A stretch of DNA of 64,000 bases from an uncultured bacterium (GCA_963744715.1 CAVUUR010000010.1:1-64000), one strand, 5' to 3'. Positions 22,795-32,964 are shown, numbered from the stretch's first letter. The notes: generated from the letters alone by a model not told the origin. Numbers and translations: made by a program.

Positions 22795-24162
22795 TCATAT
22801 AGTGTACTTATGTTCATTATCTTTAATATTAATGCGATGTTGTTGTATATAATTAAAAATATTTGTGTAAATTAATTTTTTTTCTAGCACACTGTCATTG
22901 ATAGTATAAAATTCAGGAATCTCCGTCCCGTCACAACCGAAAAATCCTTTTACATTTAAAGGATTAGTCATTTTTGATCGAGCATGAAAGAACTCTCCTT
23001 CTGCTACTAAGCCGGCAATAGTTGTCAATGGAGGAACATGAAACATCTGGTTAAGCGTCCCATGAATATATTGTTTCTTTGATAAAGGTAGTAAATAACC
23101 ATTGCGGCTTCTCCACATATAAAAATAAGCATTAGCCGTAGTATCAAAAAGATAACCAGCCAAAAATGAGTTACCAAAAGATAAAGAAATATCCCCTGAA
23201 ATATCAGGTTTTATATCATTTTTATCTGTTCCTCTATAAAGTAACCACTGTCCTAATTTTTCTGCATTATATTCATTAGTAAGTATTTTTTTAAAATTAT
23301 CTACACTTGGAGGCGTAAGCGTTGGGTCTATTTCCTGGTCAAGCGTTGGGTCTATTTCCTGGTCCTGAAATGCTGATTGTTTAAAACCAGTATCATTATA
23401 GATTTGCACATAATCACGTTGATTGGCGGTGCTTGGATTTAATGAACGGTGTTTTAAAAAATCAACGATATAATTATTGAGTAATAAGTGACAATTTTTA
23501 ACTTCGGTAGTTTTATTTATTTGTTCAAAAGGGAGATCAGCTGGACTATCTAAAAAAATTTTTTCAAGAATATGCATGCGTTTGAAAAAGAATATGGTTA
23601 TGGTTGTGTTTTCTATAATTTCAGGTTGGTGATAATTATAGATTAATCCACCCGACGCTTCTCTGATGGTTGCGCCATGACTATTAACGTAACTCATGAA
23701 AAAGAGTTCATACATCGTAGTTGGTATAAAGGCAACCTTAACACCAGGAAGTTTCTCAGCAAGTTGTTGTTGCATTGCGGCAATTTCATTATCATGATAA
23801 TTGTTATACAACGTGCTCATCGGAAATTGATTGCGCAGTTTAATGTCATAAATAATCTCATGTTCTTTTTGGCAAATAGGAGCGCCATCTTCTTTATAAA
23901 ATACTGTTTCAGCTTGTGCGGTATACGATTTTTTGAATTGCTGGGCAGCCGTATGTATTCCTGCGGATAATGCATGAAGATTTTTTAAGGCATGCTGACG
24001 TACATTCTGTGTTTGTTGTGTGCACCAACTGCGCGCATTTGATAATAAGGTTTTTGTGGGAGAAATTGTTTCATGCTTTTGTACCATTGCTTGAGCAGCC
24101 CATGGTGCGCATGAAATTATAACAAGAAGTACAAATCGTGAAAAAAACATAATTATTTCCAT
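22795..24162 (-). CDS. Secreted hypothetical protein, paralog B
   Basis: Signal peptide AAQA-MVQ; tandem paralog of 21381..22763. Confidence 0.8.
   Translation of the reverse strand: MEIIMFFSRFVLLVIISCAPWAAQAMVQKHETISPTKTLLSNARSWCTQQTQNVRQHALKNLHALSAGIHTAAQQFKKSYTAQAETVFYKEDGAPICQKEHEIIYDIKLRNQFPMSTLYNNYHDNEIAAMQQQLAEKLPGVKVAFIPTTMYELFFMSYVNSHGATIREASGGLIYNYHQPEIIENTTITIFFFKRMHILEKIFLDSPADLPFEQINKTTEVKNCHLLLNNYIVDFLKHRSLNPSTANQRDYVQIYNDTGFKQSAFQDQEIDPTLDQEIDPTLTPPSVDNFKKILTNEYNAEKLGQWLLYRGTDKNDIKPDISGDISLSFGNSFLAGYLFDTTANAYFYMWRSRNGYLLPLSKKQYIHGTLNQMFHVPPLTTIAGLVAEGEFFHARSKMTNPLNVKGFFGCDGTEIPEFYTINDSVLEKKLIYTNIFNYIQQHRINIKDNEHKYTI
23317..23364. repeat. Perfect 24-bp tandem duplication (DQEIDPTL x2)
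   Basis: AAGCGTTGGGTCTATTTCCTGGTC at 23317-23340 and 23341-23364. Confidence 0.95.
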
Positions 24163-24291
24163 ATTTTTATAGATTGCTACATTATTGATAATATTTCTAT
24201 TATAAATTATCTAAAAATATTGTCAATGTCCCCTCCTCCCTATTGGCAGGAGAATGAGTTTTGATCTAAAATATATGGAAATAGTCAGATA

Positions 24292-24567
24292 TTATACGGG
24301 TAGGGTACTGTCTTTTTTATATCCAATTGTCGCCCAGAAGTAACCAGTACAGATACTTGGAATATTTTTTAACTTTTTAACTGTTTCTTGCATATCACGT
24401 GTTAATTGATCAATATCTTGATCAGACAGAAAATGAGATGATAAGTTTTCTTGGGTATTCATGGCGTTATTTAATGTATTTGTTTTAACATCATTTTGCT
24501 GCATGCATAGGGTAACAAGAGAATTTAATAGCATCAAACACAGCATTGTTTTATGAATAGAATTCAT
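24292..24567 (-). CDS. Small secreted hypothetical protein
   Basis: AAGGA RBS, signal peptide VTLC-MQQ, 91 aa. Confidence 0.65.
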   Translation of the reverse strand: MNSIHKTMLCLMLLNSLVTLCMQQNDVKTNTLNNAMNTQENLSSHFLSDQDIDQLTRDMQETVKKLKNIPSICTGYFWATIGYKKDSTLPV

Positions 24568-24729
24568 TAATTTCCTTTATAATTTTTTTGAGTTTATTTG
24601 CGGTAAACTATAACAATACTAAATATTTTTACAAGTTTTTTATGGTTAGTTGTTTATTCTCAGTTGTTTGAAAATGATAATTTTTTTTGAATTGAACAGT
24701 ATTAAGTATGATAAAAAAAGTTAGTAAAA

Positions 24730-26139
24730 CTACTCTTTGAGTAATGCCACTATACGTTCTTTTAATTCTTCTTTATTGTGTATATTTTCTTCGATTTGTA
24801 CCTGGTATGCTTTTTTTACCATCGCTCCTAATAGAGGGCCGGGTGGTATAACATCCAACAAATCTTTGCCCTGCAATAGTGGTTGCTCAACGCACGTAAG
24901 TACATTCGCCTTCTGGGCCATAATCAAAAATTGATCAATTTCCGGAACATCCACGGTTAATGGGGTTCCTTTGTGCTGATTGCGCCCGCGTTTATCGGCG
25001 AGAGCCAATTTTGCCAGCATATTGAGGGTTAACGGTGCTAATTTTTGTGCCAAGCGTTTGTAAGCAGCTAACGTGGAGTGTTGTAAAACTAATTGTGTTG
25101 GTTGCATGTGATAGCGAACCAATATGCATACATCATCGATTAATTCCTTGTTATTGGTAATGCGTTGTAATAATTTTTTTGTGATGATGGCACCTTCTTG
25201 AGCATGATCAAAGCTGCGAACTTTGTGATCAATAATTTCAGTAGTAGTTGCTTTGCCAAGATCATGACATAATGCTGCATAGAGTATGATTAATTTTTCT
25301 TGTTGGTCATCATATGATAATGCTGCTGCTGCATCCAGCGATTGTTTACTATGTTCAAAAACATCACCTTCCGGATGCCATTTTGGTTCTTGTGAAATAT
25401 TTTTGGTTACAGCAAGTTCCGGTAATACATCCGCCAATCTTCCAATAGTATCAAGCCAAACAAGGCCTAGTGATGGACGTTTTGATTGCAATAATAATTT
25501 TTTAAATTCATGCTCGATGCGTTCCCGTGAGACACCTGAGATATCCATGTTTGAACAAATCTGATTTAACGTAGCATCCGGATTCATTTGGAATCGTCCA
25601 ACAAATTGCATTACCCTAAAAAAACGTAACGGATCTTGTACAAATAAGGCTGGATCGGGAGTGCGTAAAATATGACGTTGTAAATCATGTAAACCGTTAA
25701 ATGGATCAATAAGTTCATAGGTAGATAGATTAATGCCCATAGCATTAATGGTTAAATCTCTTCTTCTAAAGGCTTCTTCTATTGATAACGAAGGATCAAG
25801 AACAACCGTTGGTTTGCGGCCGGAACTATCATTGCGGGGTACCGACCAATCAATATTCAATCCATGCAAGCGCAATACGCCAAATTGCTTTCCTACCAGA
25901 CTAACTATGCCAAATTTTCCTAGTAATTGCTCAAGATTATCTAAAGAAATACCATGTACTTCGCAATCTAAATCTTTGACCGATAACCCTAATAACAGGT
26001 CTCGAACTGCACCGCCCACTAATAAAATTATACCATCTGCTTTGACTATTGAGTTTATAATGGAATGCAATAATGAGTACTGATTGAGTATTTTTATAAG
26101 GTTTTTTTGAATATTTTCTTCAATTTTTATATACTGCAT
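24730..26139 (-). CDS. cca: CCA tRNA nucleotidyltransferase with HD domain
   Basis: LVGGAVRD, DLDCE, RRDLTINA, DPLRFFR, SRERI, HPEGDVFEH, HDLGK. Confidence 0.9.
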   Translation of the reverse strand: MQYIKIEENIQKNLIKILNQYSLLHSIINSIVKADGIILLVGGAVRDLLLGLSVKDLDCEVHGISLDNLEQLLGKFGIVSLVGKQFGVLRLHGLNIDWSVPRNDSSGRKPTVVLDPSLSIEEAFRRRDLTINAMGINLSTYELIDPFNGLHDLQRHILRTPDPALFVQDPLRFFRVMQFVGRFQMNPDATLNQICSNMDISGVSRERIEHEFKKLLLQSKRPSLGLVWLDTIGRLADVLPELAVTKNISQEPKWHPEGDVFEHSKQSLDAAAALSYDDQQEKLIILYAALCHDLGKATTTEIIDHKVRSFDHAQEGAIITKKLLQRITNNKELIDDVCILVRYHMQPTQLVLQHSTLAAYKRLAQKLAPLTLNMLAKLALADKRGRNQHKGTPLTVDVPEIDQFLIMAQKANVLTCVEQPLLQGKDLLDVIPPGPLLGAMVKKAYQVQIEENIHNKEELKERIVALLKE

Positions 26140-26188
26140 AGTATGTATTACCTCTAGTAAATTATCATCGCATAAAAGGCATATTCAG

Positions 26189-26986
26189 ATGAAGGTTTTA
26201 GAAAAATCCTTTTTTATTTTTTCGATATTCTGTTTATTGCTTACTCCTTGGTCACCGTCTCTTTCATTAAAACAGGTTTCGTCATGGGTATTCAACCACA
26301 AGGAAGAAACATTCTATCAGGAACACTCTTTAGAAAATACAGCAACGGTGGTTATAAAACAAACTACAGGATCAATTACCATTAAAACATGGTTACAGCC
26401 TAAACTTGTTATTGAAGCTACTAAAATAGGCAAAGAAAAAGATATTAATAAATTTATGGTTGAAACAACGTTAACTCCCGATCATGCCCTAATACAAACT
26501 CATTATAAAGAGGTAGTTTCAGGCAATATTGATTACGTTATTATGATGCCGCAACAAGCAACACTCATTATAGAAGCTGAAAATAGTGATATTGTGGTTA
26601 AGCAACTAGAAGGGTCAATTAATATCGTTCTGCAGGCGGGATTAATTGATATTAGGCATGCTAACAATACGGTTTATGCAAAAAATGAACATGGACCAAT
26701 AACGCTCAGCAGTAAGCGTCTTGTAGAGCCACATTTTATTTCGTTGGAAGCGGGTAATTCTATAATGTTATCAATTCCTTTAACAATACATGCTAATTTA
26801 CAAGCAAAGGCTCCCCAGGGAACGGTTGAATCAGAACACTTAGTGACTATCAAACCGTTTAAGGCAAAACTTAATCAACACACGTGGAATCAATGTAAAA
26901 AGGAAGTATCAGGAACGTTGGGTGATGGAGGTCCAAAAATTAAATTGTATGCTCGAAGCGGTAGTATTAAATTGATCGAATATTAA
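26189..26986 (+). CDS. DUF4097-like beta-strand repeat protein
   Basis: N-terminal hydrophobic segment; repeated GSITI/GSINI/GPITL strands; ends LGDGGPKIKLYARSGSIKL. Confidence 0.7.
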   Translation: MKVLEKSFFIFSIFCLLLTPWSPSLSLKQVSSWVFNHKEETFYQEHSLENTATVVIKQTTGSITIKTWLQPKLVIEATKIGKEKDINKFMVETTLTPDHALIQTHYKEVVSGNIDYVIMMPQQATLIIEAENSDIVVKQLEGSINIVLQAGLIDIRHANNTVYAKNEHGPITLSSKRLVEPHFISLEAGNSIMLSIPLTIHANLQAKAPQGTVESEHLVTIKPFKAKLNQHTWNQCKKEVSGTLGDGGPKIKLYARSGSIKLIEY

Positions 26987-27043
26987 TCAATATTGACGAA
27001 GTTGTTTTCATTGTAGTAACTTTTTTTAAAAAAAGGGAATAGT

Positions 27044-27970
27044 ATGAAAACATTGCTTTGTGTCATGTCAACTGTAGCAGTAATCAATGCTATGGATAAT
27101 AATAGCATGGTATCCGTATCTGAAAAAAATAATACCTATCAAATAGTTCGTAGCAGATCGGAAAGTGATCTACGGTATGTAATGGATAAGCAAGGAAAAC
27201 AACATCTGCAGTTAAAACATTGTGATCCAGTTATTGCGTATTGTAAAGAAGAAACCAGAGTGAATACTTTTCATGCATATAAATTATTAAATACTATAGA
27301 GAAAAAAGAAATGTCCATATTAGAAAAGGAAACTCTATATCAAGCCGCATTTGTAAACTTGATTCCCTTTGAATCACCATGGCAAAAAGAATTAAATAAG
27401 TATGATCATATAAACGTCGATCAATTGAAAAAATTATTGGTAGAATGCCAAAAAGTTCATGATGAAGCATGGGCAGTAGCAAATAAGATGAGTCCTGCAT
27501 ATGAATTATATGATGCATATATGAAACGATTATCGCATTTTTCCGATTCATTGAATACGCGATTAAATAGATATGCGCAAACGTATATCTATGAAGGAAT
27601 TACCTATCAACAACAGGTTGATATGCTGAACAACGATGATTGTTATGAAAATATTTTGGTGTCATTTAATATTGCTGCCAAGCATTATTTAGAGGCATTA
27701 AAAAATCAAAGAGCTATCTTTGCACTGCTAAAAAAATCACCAAAGGCAAATGTGGATCATAAAAATGTATTACAAGGGGCAATCTTAGATCAGTTGGGGC
27801 ATGCATATAATGTTTTAATGCTATCGCATGGTGTGATAGTACTGGTTCACGAAACCCCAAAAAAAGAAAAAGAATTAACTTCCTGCATCCAAGAATATGC
27901 GCGTTTACGTGATCGCTATGAAAAAATAAATAAGGTTGTAAAGGCAGAGATGGCCCTAGTAAAGAGCTAA
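27044..27970 (+). CDS. Secreted helical hypothetical protein
   Basis: Signal peptide VINA-MDN; 308 aa. Confidence 0.75.
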   Translation: MKTLLCVMSTVAVINAMDNNSMVSVSEKNNTYQIVRSRSESDLRYVMDKQGKQHLQLKHCDPVIAYCKEETRVNTFHAYKLLNTIEKKEMSILEKETLYQAAFVNLIPFESPWQKELNKYDHINVDQLKKLLVECQKVHDEAWAVANKMSPAYELYDAYMKRLSHFSDSLNTRLNRYAQTYIYEGITYQQQVDMLNNDDCYENILVSFNIAAKHYLEALKNQRAIFALLKKSPKANVDHKNVLQGAILDQLGHAYNVLMLSHGVIVLVHETPKKEKELTSCIQEYARLRDRYEKINKVVKAEMALVKS

Positions 27971-27985
27971 TAGATGGGTAGACTG

Positions 27986-28603
27986 CTAAAAATTTTTAAT
28001 ATTGAAAGCTTGTTTAGAATAAGTATTTTTAACATAGTGCTGGGTTGACGGCGGGAATTTTAATAAAACTTGGTGCAATGTCTGCAACAAAGCGACGGTG
28101 ACTCCGTTATGTTTTCTCGCAGCGGGAGAGGCATCTAATTTTCTTCTGAGCTTTAGATCAAAAAGCAATTTTTCAGGCAAGTGTTTTTTTACTATTGTTT
28201 CCAACGCGTAGGGTGTTGCTACATATGCCGCAGCCAAAAAAATTGGATCACATTTATCATGAAAAATTTTTGCTATTCGGTTAATCAAATGATTGTTGAA
28301 TTGTTGCGTTGCGGTTTTGGTACTATCACCACATCGCAGATCAAAGATTATGCTATGTATTTTTTTATCAGTGGATGAGAAATTATGCAATGTTGTCAGT
28401 AAATTTTTATGAGCATTGGGTTCTATACTAGCTGTATCAACGATGGCATATGCTAGCAATACTACCATCTCAGAAGGTAATCGATCTAATGAGCAGTGAT
28501 CCATAGTATGTATGTGTGGTGAACGTAGAAGTAACGATGACAATAATAATCTAATTAATAATCTGTTCCTATTATTCATCATGATTTTTTTTGTCACGTG
28601 CAC
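27986..28603 (-). CDS. Secreted protein with N-terminal F-box-like motif
   Basis: Signal-like RLLIRLLLSSLLL...HIHT-MDH then SLDRLPSEMVVLL; true start probably the MMNN codons. Confidence 0.55.
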   Translation of the reverse strand: MHVTKKIMMNNRNRLLIRLLLSSLLLRSPHIHTMDHCSLDRLPSEMVVLLAYAIVDTASIEPNAHKNLLTTLHNFSSTDKKIHSIIFDLRCGDSTKTATQQFNNHLINRIAKIFHDKCDPIFLAAAYVATPYALETIVKKHLPEKLLFDLKLRRKLDASPAARKHNGVTVALLQTLHQVLLKFPPSTQHYVKNTYSKQAFNIKNF

Positions 28604-28678
28604 CCATTCATATTACGCAAAAATATTTTTGTTAAGATAGTGGTTAAGAAATAATATGTCAATGCACAAAAAAATCAA

Positions 28679-30319
28679 TCATATGCATTTATCATGAATA
28701 ATAAAATTTTCTGCGATTCGTTCAAATAACGGTGCGGCCACAGCAGAAGCAAATAATTTTTTTTGAGGGGAGTCTTTAATAAAAGTCACAATTACTCGTT
28801 TATAAGAATCTTTTTCAATAATACCTGCAACCGTATAGATATTATGTTCGGTATTATATTTTCCATTTATTACCATGTTAGCAGTGCCTGTTTTTGCCAT
28901 TACTTTATAGCCATTTAAAGCAGCTTTTTTTGCCGTACCTTCTTTGACGGTTTTTTCTAAGATGGTGCGAATGGTAGTAATAGATGATTGGGTGTATAAC
29001 GGTAATTGGTTGTTATCATGTTCATTGACGGGGTTCAGAAGCAAATTAGGTTTTATGGGGATACCATTATTTGCAATAATACAAAAAGCGCATCCTAGTT
29101 GTAATAAGGTAGCAGTAATTTCATACCCAAATGAAAGTGATATGAGTGATTGCCGTGACCATTGTGCCGGTGACGTAATAAATCCTGATTGTTCTCCGGG
29201 CCAATTGAGGGTTGTTTTTGTACCAAATCCTATTTTTTTGTAATGATCATATAATTGTTTTCCAAGCCGTTGTGCAACTTTAGCAATACCAATATTATTG
29301 GAGTGTTGAATAACTTCTGCAAACGAAAGCAAACCATATTCTTTCCAAGTACTAATAGTAAAGCCATTGATGCTTGCGATTTTTTTGTTTTCACAATCGA
29401 TGATTTCTTCCGGTTGTACTACTGCTTGTTCCAGGCAAGCTAGTGCAACGAATGGTTTCATTACTGATCCTAATTCGTAGCTTTCCGTGACGAGTCTATT
29501 TTTGGTTAATTCTAAATTGAGTGATTCTATAGTATTTGGATCAAAATCTGGGTATTGCGCCATAACCAGAATTTCGCCATTGATAGGATTCATAACCAGA
29601 ACTGCGCCTTCCTGTGCTTGAAAATTATGTACCGTTTCTTTAAGGTCCTCATATGCCAGGAATTGCATATTTGCATCGATGGTCAGCTGTAATGCTTTAC
29701 CTTGTAAACCCGAAGATTTTATTTCTCGCGTACTATAAAAATTTTCAGAACGAGCATCTCTATCTAATAAAAATGTTGTGGGTGATCCTGCTAAATAATT
29801 ATTATGTAATAGTTCAATACCAAATAATCCATGATTATCAATATCGGTAATGCCGACAATATGCCCCAGTGACTCAACAGGATAAAAACGATTTGGTTCT
29901 TTGAGTATTTGTATATCAGTTACGTTGCAATTGGCAATAATTGCTAATTGCTCGGGTGTTAGTTTCCGTTTAACGTACATAAAGGATGTTTGTTTGTTGT
30001 TATGCCAGCGCTCCAGAGCAGCTGGAAAATATTGGTGCAGAAAATTCTGTAATGATTCTGGGTCTTTTATATGGGTTGGCACTATAAATGCGGAAAAACT
30101 TTCTTTATTTCCTGCCAATAAATGATTACCAGTTCGATCGTATATTAAGCCGCGTTCAGCGTTTTTGATTATGGTCATCGCATATTGTTGTTTGCCTAAT
30201 TGAATAAAAAAATCATGCTGATTGATTTGGATATTATAAAGATTCCATATAATAATTAAATATAATAAGCATACTATGAGAAAAATAATGCTGGTACGTA
30301 GTTTATAACGTTCATTCAT
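28679..30319 (-). CDS. ftsI: Class B penicillin-binding protein (FtsI/PBP3-like)
   Basis: N-terminal TM, RGLIYDR, RFYP, GSVMK (SxxK), SNN (SxN), KTGTA; FtsL-like gene upstream. Confidence 0.85.
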   Translation of the reverse strand: MNERYKLRTSIIFLIVCLLYLIIIWNLYNIQINQHDFFIQLGKQQYAMTIIKNAERGLIYDRTGNHLLAGNKESFSAFIVPTHIKDPESLQNFLHQYFPAALERWHNNKQTSFMYVKRKLTPEQLAIIANCNVTDIQILKEPNRFYPVESLGHIVGITDIDNHGLFGIELLHNNYLAGSPTTFLLDRDARSENFYSTREIKSSGLQGKALQLTIDANMQFLAYEDLKETVHNFQAQEGAVLVMNPINGEILVMAQYPDFDPNTIESLNLELTKNRLVTESYELGSVMKPFVALACLEQAVVQPEEIIDCENKKIASINGFTISTWKEYGLLSFAEVIQHSNNIGIAKVAQRLGKQLYDHYKKIGFGTKTTLNWPGEQSGFITSPAQWSRQSLISLSFGYEITATLLQLGCAFCIIANNGIPIKPNLLLNPVNEHDNNQLPLYTQSSITTIRTILEKTVKEGTAKKAALNGYKVMAKTGTANMVINGKYNTEHNIYTVAGIIEKDSYKRVIVTFIKDSPQKKLFASAVAAPLFERIAENFIIHDKCI

Positions 30320-30584
30320 TAGGTTTTACCATCTTTACTTGATCAATCCCTATTTTTTTCATATGTAACGTTGTTTGAGCAAATGTTTTAATGGTTGAAC
30401 GATGTTTCAAAATAAAGAGCTGTTCTGTTAAATTGTTTTTTTGAGCACGTAATGCATCCTTGTGCTTTTCATTACGTTGTTTTTCGAACGACCATTTAAT
30501 TACATACGACTGCTTATGGATTTGTAAACCAATATAAATAAGATGAAAACCTATAACTATATGAACAAAGATATTTTTTTTCAT
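30312..30584 (-). CDS. ftsL: FtsL-like cell division protein
   Basis: 90 aa, single TM plus coiled coil, ...A...LHM end, overlaps PBP start. Confidence 0.6.
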   Translation of the reverse strand: MKKNIFVHIVIGFHLIYIGLQIHKQSYVIKWSFEKQRNEKHKDALRAQKNNLTEQLFILKHRSTIKTFAQTTLHMKKIGIDQVKMVKPNE

Positions 30585-30625
30585 TGCTATTCCTTATATA
30601 TACTACTTAGAATAGCGAGTTTTTT
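30579..30625. repeat. Direct repeat copy 1 (ftsL start/RBS/leader)
   Basis: TTTCATTGCTATTCCTTA-N10-TTA(G)AATAGCGAGTTTTTT; second copy at 31693-31739. Confidence 0.85.
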
Positions 30626-30695
30626 CGGTTGTTTTGAAGAAATTAGATAAAATCAGTATATTGCAGGTAATTTTTTACTATGGGTTCTAAAGAAT

Positions 30696-31577
30696 TTATT
30701 CCTTTTCCAATTGTTTTAAATAATGGGCTACATAGGAATCCTTACGTGCTAATTGAGAAGGCGTTTTCCTATTTCTGTTCGTTATATTCATTTTAATTTT
30801 TTGATCATGAAAATATTCTAATAATTTGCTCCGAGAGTATTTTGCTGCGATATGCATAATAGTATTTTGATCAGCATCTACATGTGTTGACTCAAAAGTT
30901 TCGTTTGAAATATCGAAATGTTTATAAACTTGTATCATTGTTGTAAGAAGATAGAAGTTAGAAGAAAGTTTTTTGGAAAGATCTTGCAAAATCTGTTGGT
31001 GTGAATAATTTTTATACTTCTTAATTAACGTATCGAAGGTTTCTTTTGATTCTCGTTCCCGTTCTGCTTCTTCCTGATCCTTTCGTGCTCGTTCGTTGAG
31101 TTCTTCTTCCCTGGTCTTAGCGATATAAAAAGCAGTAATGGGTTGTTTATCATATTGAGTTGTAGTTTTTTGTTTTTTTGAGACCTGTCCTGTAACGTTT
31201 GCAGATGGTTTAAAATCTTGACCAGATAACTGAGGCGCTTTAGTTTGAAATCTTTGAGTTTCTTTAGATGATGCTATTATAGGTGACGACCTAATTGTAT
31301 TGGTTATTATGGTAGAATTGGCAGAAACAGTTTGTTGTTCGGCAATCCGGGATGGTAGAAATGGATCTTGAAGTAATCTTTTTTCGTAGTTAATAAGCCA
31401 TGCGGCGTTTTTTTGTGTGAATGCCGAAAAAGTATTTATTAAAGATGACATTTCAAGATCTGAAATAGATCCTGTTATCGGGAATTGTCTTTGGGTTTCG
31501 GAGAGTTGTTCCATGCTCAATAGTTGTAGAGGAAATATGAGGCTGATTAAACTATATTTTTTTATAGAAAATTTCAT
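30696..31577 (-). CDS. Secreted ankyrin-repeat family protein (array member 1, module B)
   Basis: MKFSIKKYSLISLIFPLQLLS-MEQ; NTIMHIAAKY...KTPSQLA. Confidence 0.85.
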   Translation of the reverse strand: MKFSIKKYSLISLIFPLQLLSMEQLSETQRQFPITGSISDLEMSSLINTFSAFTQKNAAWLINYEKRLLQDPFLPSRIAEQQTVSANSTIITNTIRSSPIIASSKETQRFQTKAPQLSGQDFKPSANVTGQVSKKQKTTTQYDKQPITAFYIAKTREEELNERARKDQEEAERERESKETFDTLIKKYKNYSHQQILQDLSKKLSSNFYLLTTMIQVYKHFDISNETFESTHVDADQNTIMHIAAKYSRSKLLEYFHDQKIKMNITNRNRKTPSQLARKDSYVAHYLKQLEKE

Positions 31578-31638
31578 GATATTTCTCTTGGGTAAAATTA
31601 CTATTTATATTACGAAATTGTATATTAAGTAGTATGAA

Positions 31639-31669
31639 ATTATACAATAAAAAATTGTATATTAAAATT
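31639..31669 (-). promoter_or_regulatory. Array promoter/operator motif copy 1
   Basis: TACAA-N7-TTGTA at 31643-31659; TATAAT -10 on minus strand. Confidence 0.7.
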
Positions 31670-31692
31670 ACTTTTTTTGGTTCGATATATAC

Positions 31693-31739
31693 TTTCATTG
31701 CTATTCCTTACGTATGCCATTTAAAATAGCGAGTTTTTT
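31693..31739. repeat. Direct repeat copy 2 of ftsL leader
   Basis: TTTCATTGCTATTCCTTA...TTAAAATAGCGAGTTTTTT abutting stop codon of next array gene. Confidence 0.85.
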
Positions 31740-32964
31740 ATGTAGGGTTTATGTGTTCCCAATCTTTTAAGTAGAGAGCCGTTAAAGAACCGTCGGGAGC
31801 TAATTGACAAGGTGTTTGCCCGTCAGCGTTTTTTATACTTGTATTAATTTTTTTTGTTGTATGCAAATAGTCCAATAAATTTTTTTGTGAATGTATCGCT
31901 GCTATATGAATAATAGTATTACCATTTTTGTCAAAAGGTATTGATTCGAGAGTTTCACTTGAGATATTAAATCTGTCACAAGCTCCTTGTACTGCGTCGT
32001 TAAAAGATCCGTTGCCCATATGAGTTCCAGAAAACCTATTGATAATTCCTTGTAAAATTTCTTTGTGTGAAAGGAAGTTTTTTTCATAGGAGTTAAGAAT
32101 TTTTTCTATGCATTCCGTATTTTTTCTTGATCGATCGTTTTTTTCACGTTTTTTTCTGGGGGTTCTTGTCTGTTTCTTTTCTGTTAGGTTATCATGCGTT
32201 ATTCCAATTGCTCCTGTTACTTGTGCTAAATATTTTTTAGTCTTTCCTGCCGTTTTGATCGTACATTGTTCAGCATAATTCAATGCATTTTTTCCGTTAT
32301 CATCAGTTTCCAAAGGGTCGAAGTGATGAATATCAATTAAATATTGAACTGCTCTTAAAGCTCCTACCGAAGCTACTTGATGTAAAAGCGTTGAGTTGTT
32401 GTCAAAGCGAGCGTTAAGGTAAATGGCTGAGTCAGTTTTTCGCAGGAGTTCTATAACATACGGTGAACTTTTCCCGTACTTTGCATAGCCCGGTTGTAAA
32501 AGGGGTTTAACCCTTTTGATAAAATTGCGTGTGCCCTCAGATTGTGTTACGGTTCTATCGGTTACTATGTTAGAGTTAACAGAAATAGTTTGTGGTTCGG
32601 CGATCGGGAATGCTTGAAGTTGATAGGGCCGTTCTTGAGCGAAAATTTGTTGATGGTCTGTCATCATGATAGATTGTTCCGACTCCGTGTGATCTATCCG
32701 CTGCGGTGCAATAGAATTTAAAGTACTATTGTTATCTGAGTAATTTTTACTATTGAAATCTGTTTCATTGGGCATATCCGTATGGGGCTTCATGTTTATA
32801 ACGGTTGATTGGCTTTCGGTGTAGTTAGTTTTCATCTGTCCCGTGAAGTTATAAAATTTTTGTATCAGAGATGACATTTGCTCATCCGAATTTCGTTGCA
32901 TGCTCAATAGTTGTAGAGGAAATATGAGGCCGATTAAACTATATTTTTTTATAGAAAATTTCAT
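31738..32964 (-). CDS. Secreted ankyrin-repeat family protein (member 2, modules A+B)
   Basis: Start corrected to MKFSIKKY at 32964; STLLHQVA and NTIIHIAA repeats; basic RTPRKKREK. Confidence 0.88.
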   Translation of the reverse strand: MKFSIKKYSLIGLIFPLQLLSMQRNSDEQMSSLIQKFYNFTGQMKTNYTESQSTVINMKPHTDMPNETDFNSKNYSDNNSTLNSIAPQRIDHTESEQSIMMTDHQQIFAQERPYQLQAFPIAEPQTISVNSNIVTDRTVTQSEGTRNFIKRVKPLLQPGYAKYGKSSPYVIELLRKTDSAIYLNARFDNNSTLLHQVASVGALRAVQYLIDIHHFDPLETDDNGKNALNYAEQCTIKTAGKTKKYLAQVTGAIGITHDNLTEKKQTRTPRKKREKNDRSRKNTECIEKILNSYEKNFLSHKEILQGIINRFSGTHMGNGSFNDAVQGACDRFNISSETLESIPFDKNGNTIIHIAAIHSQKNLLDYLHTTKKINTSIKNADGQTPCQLAPDGSLTALYLKDWEHINPT

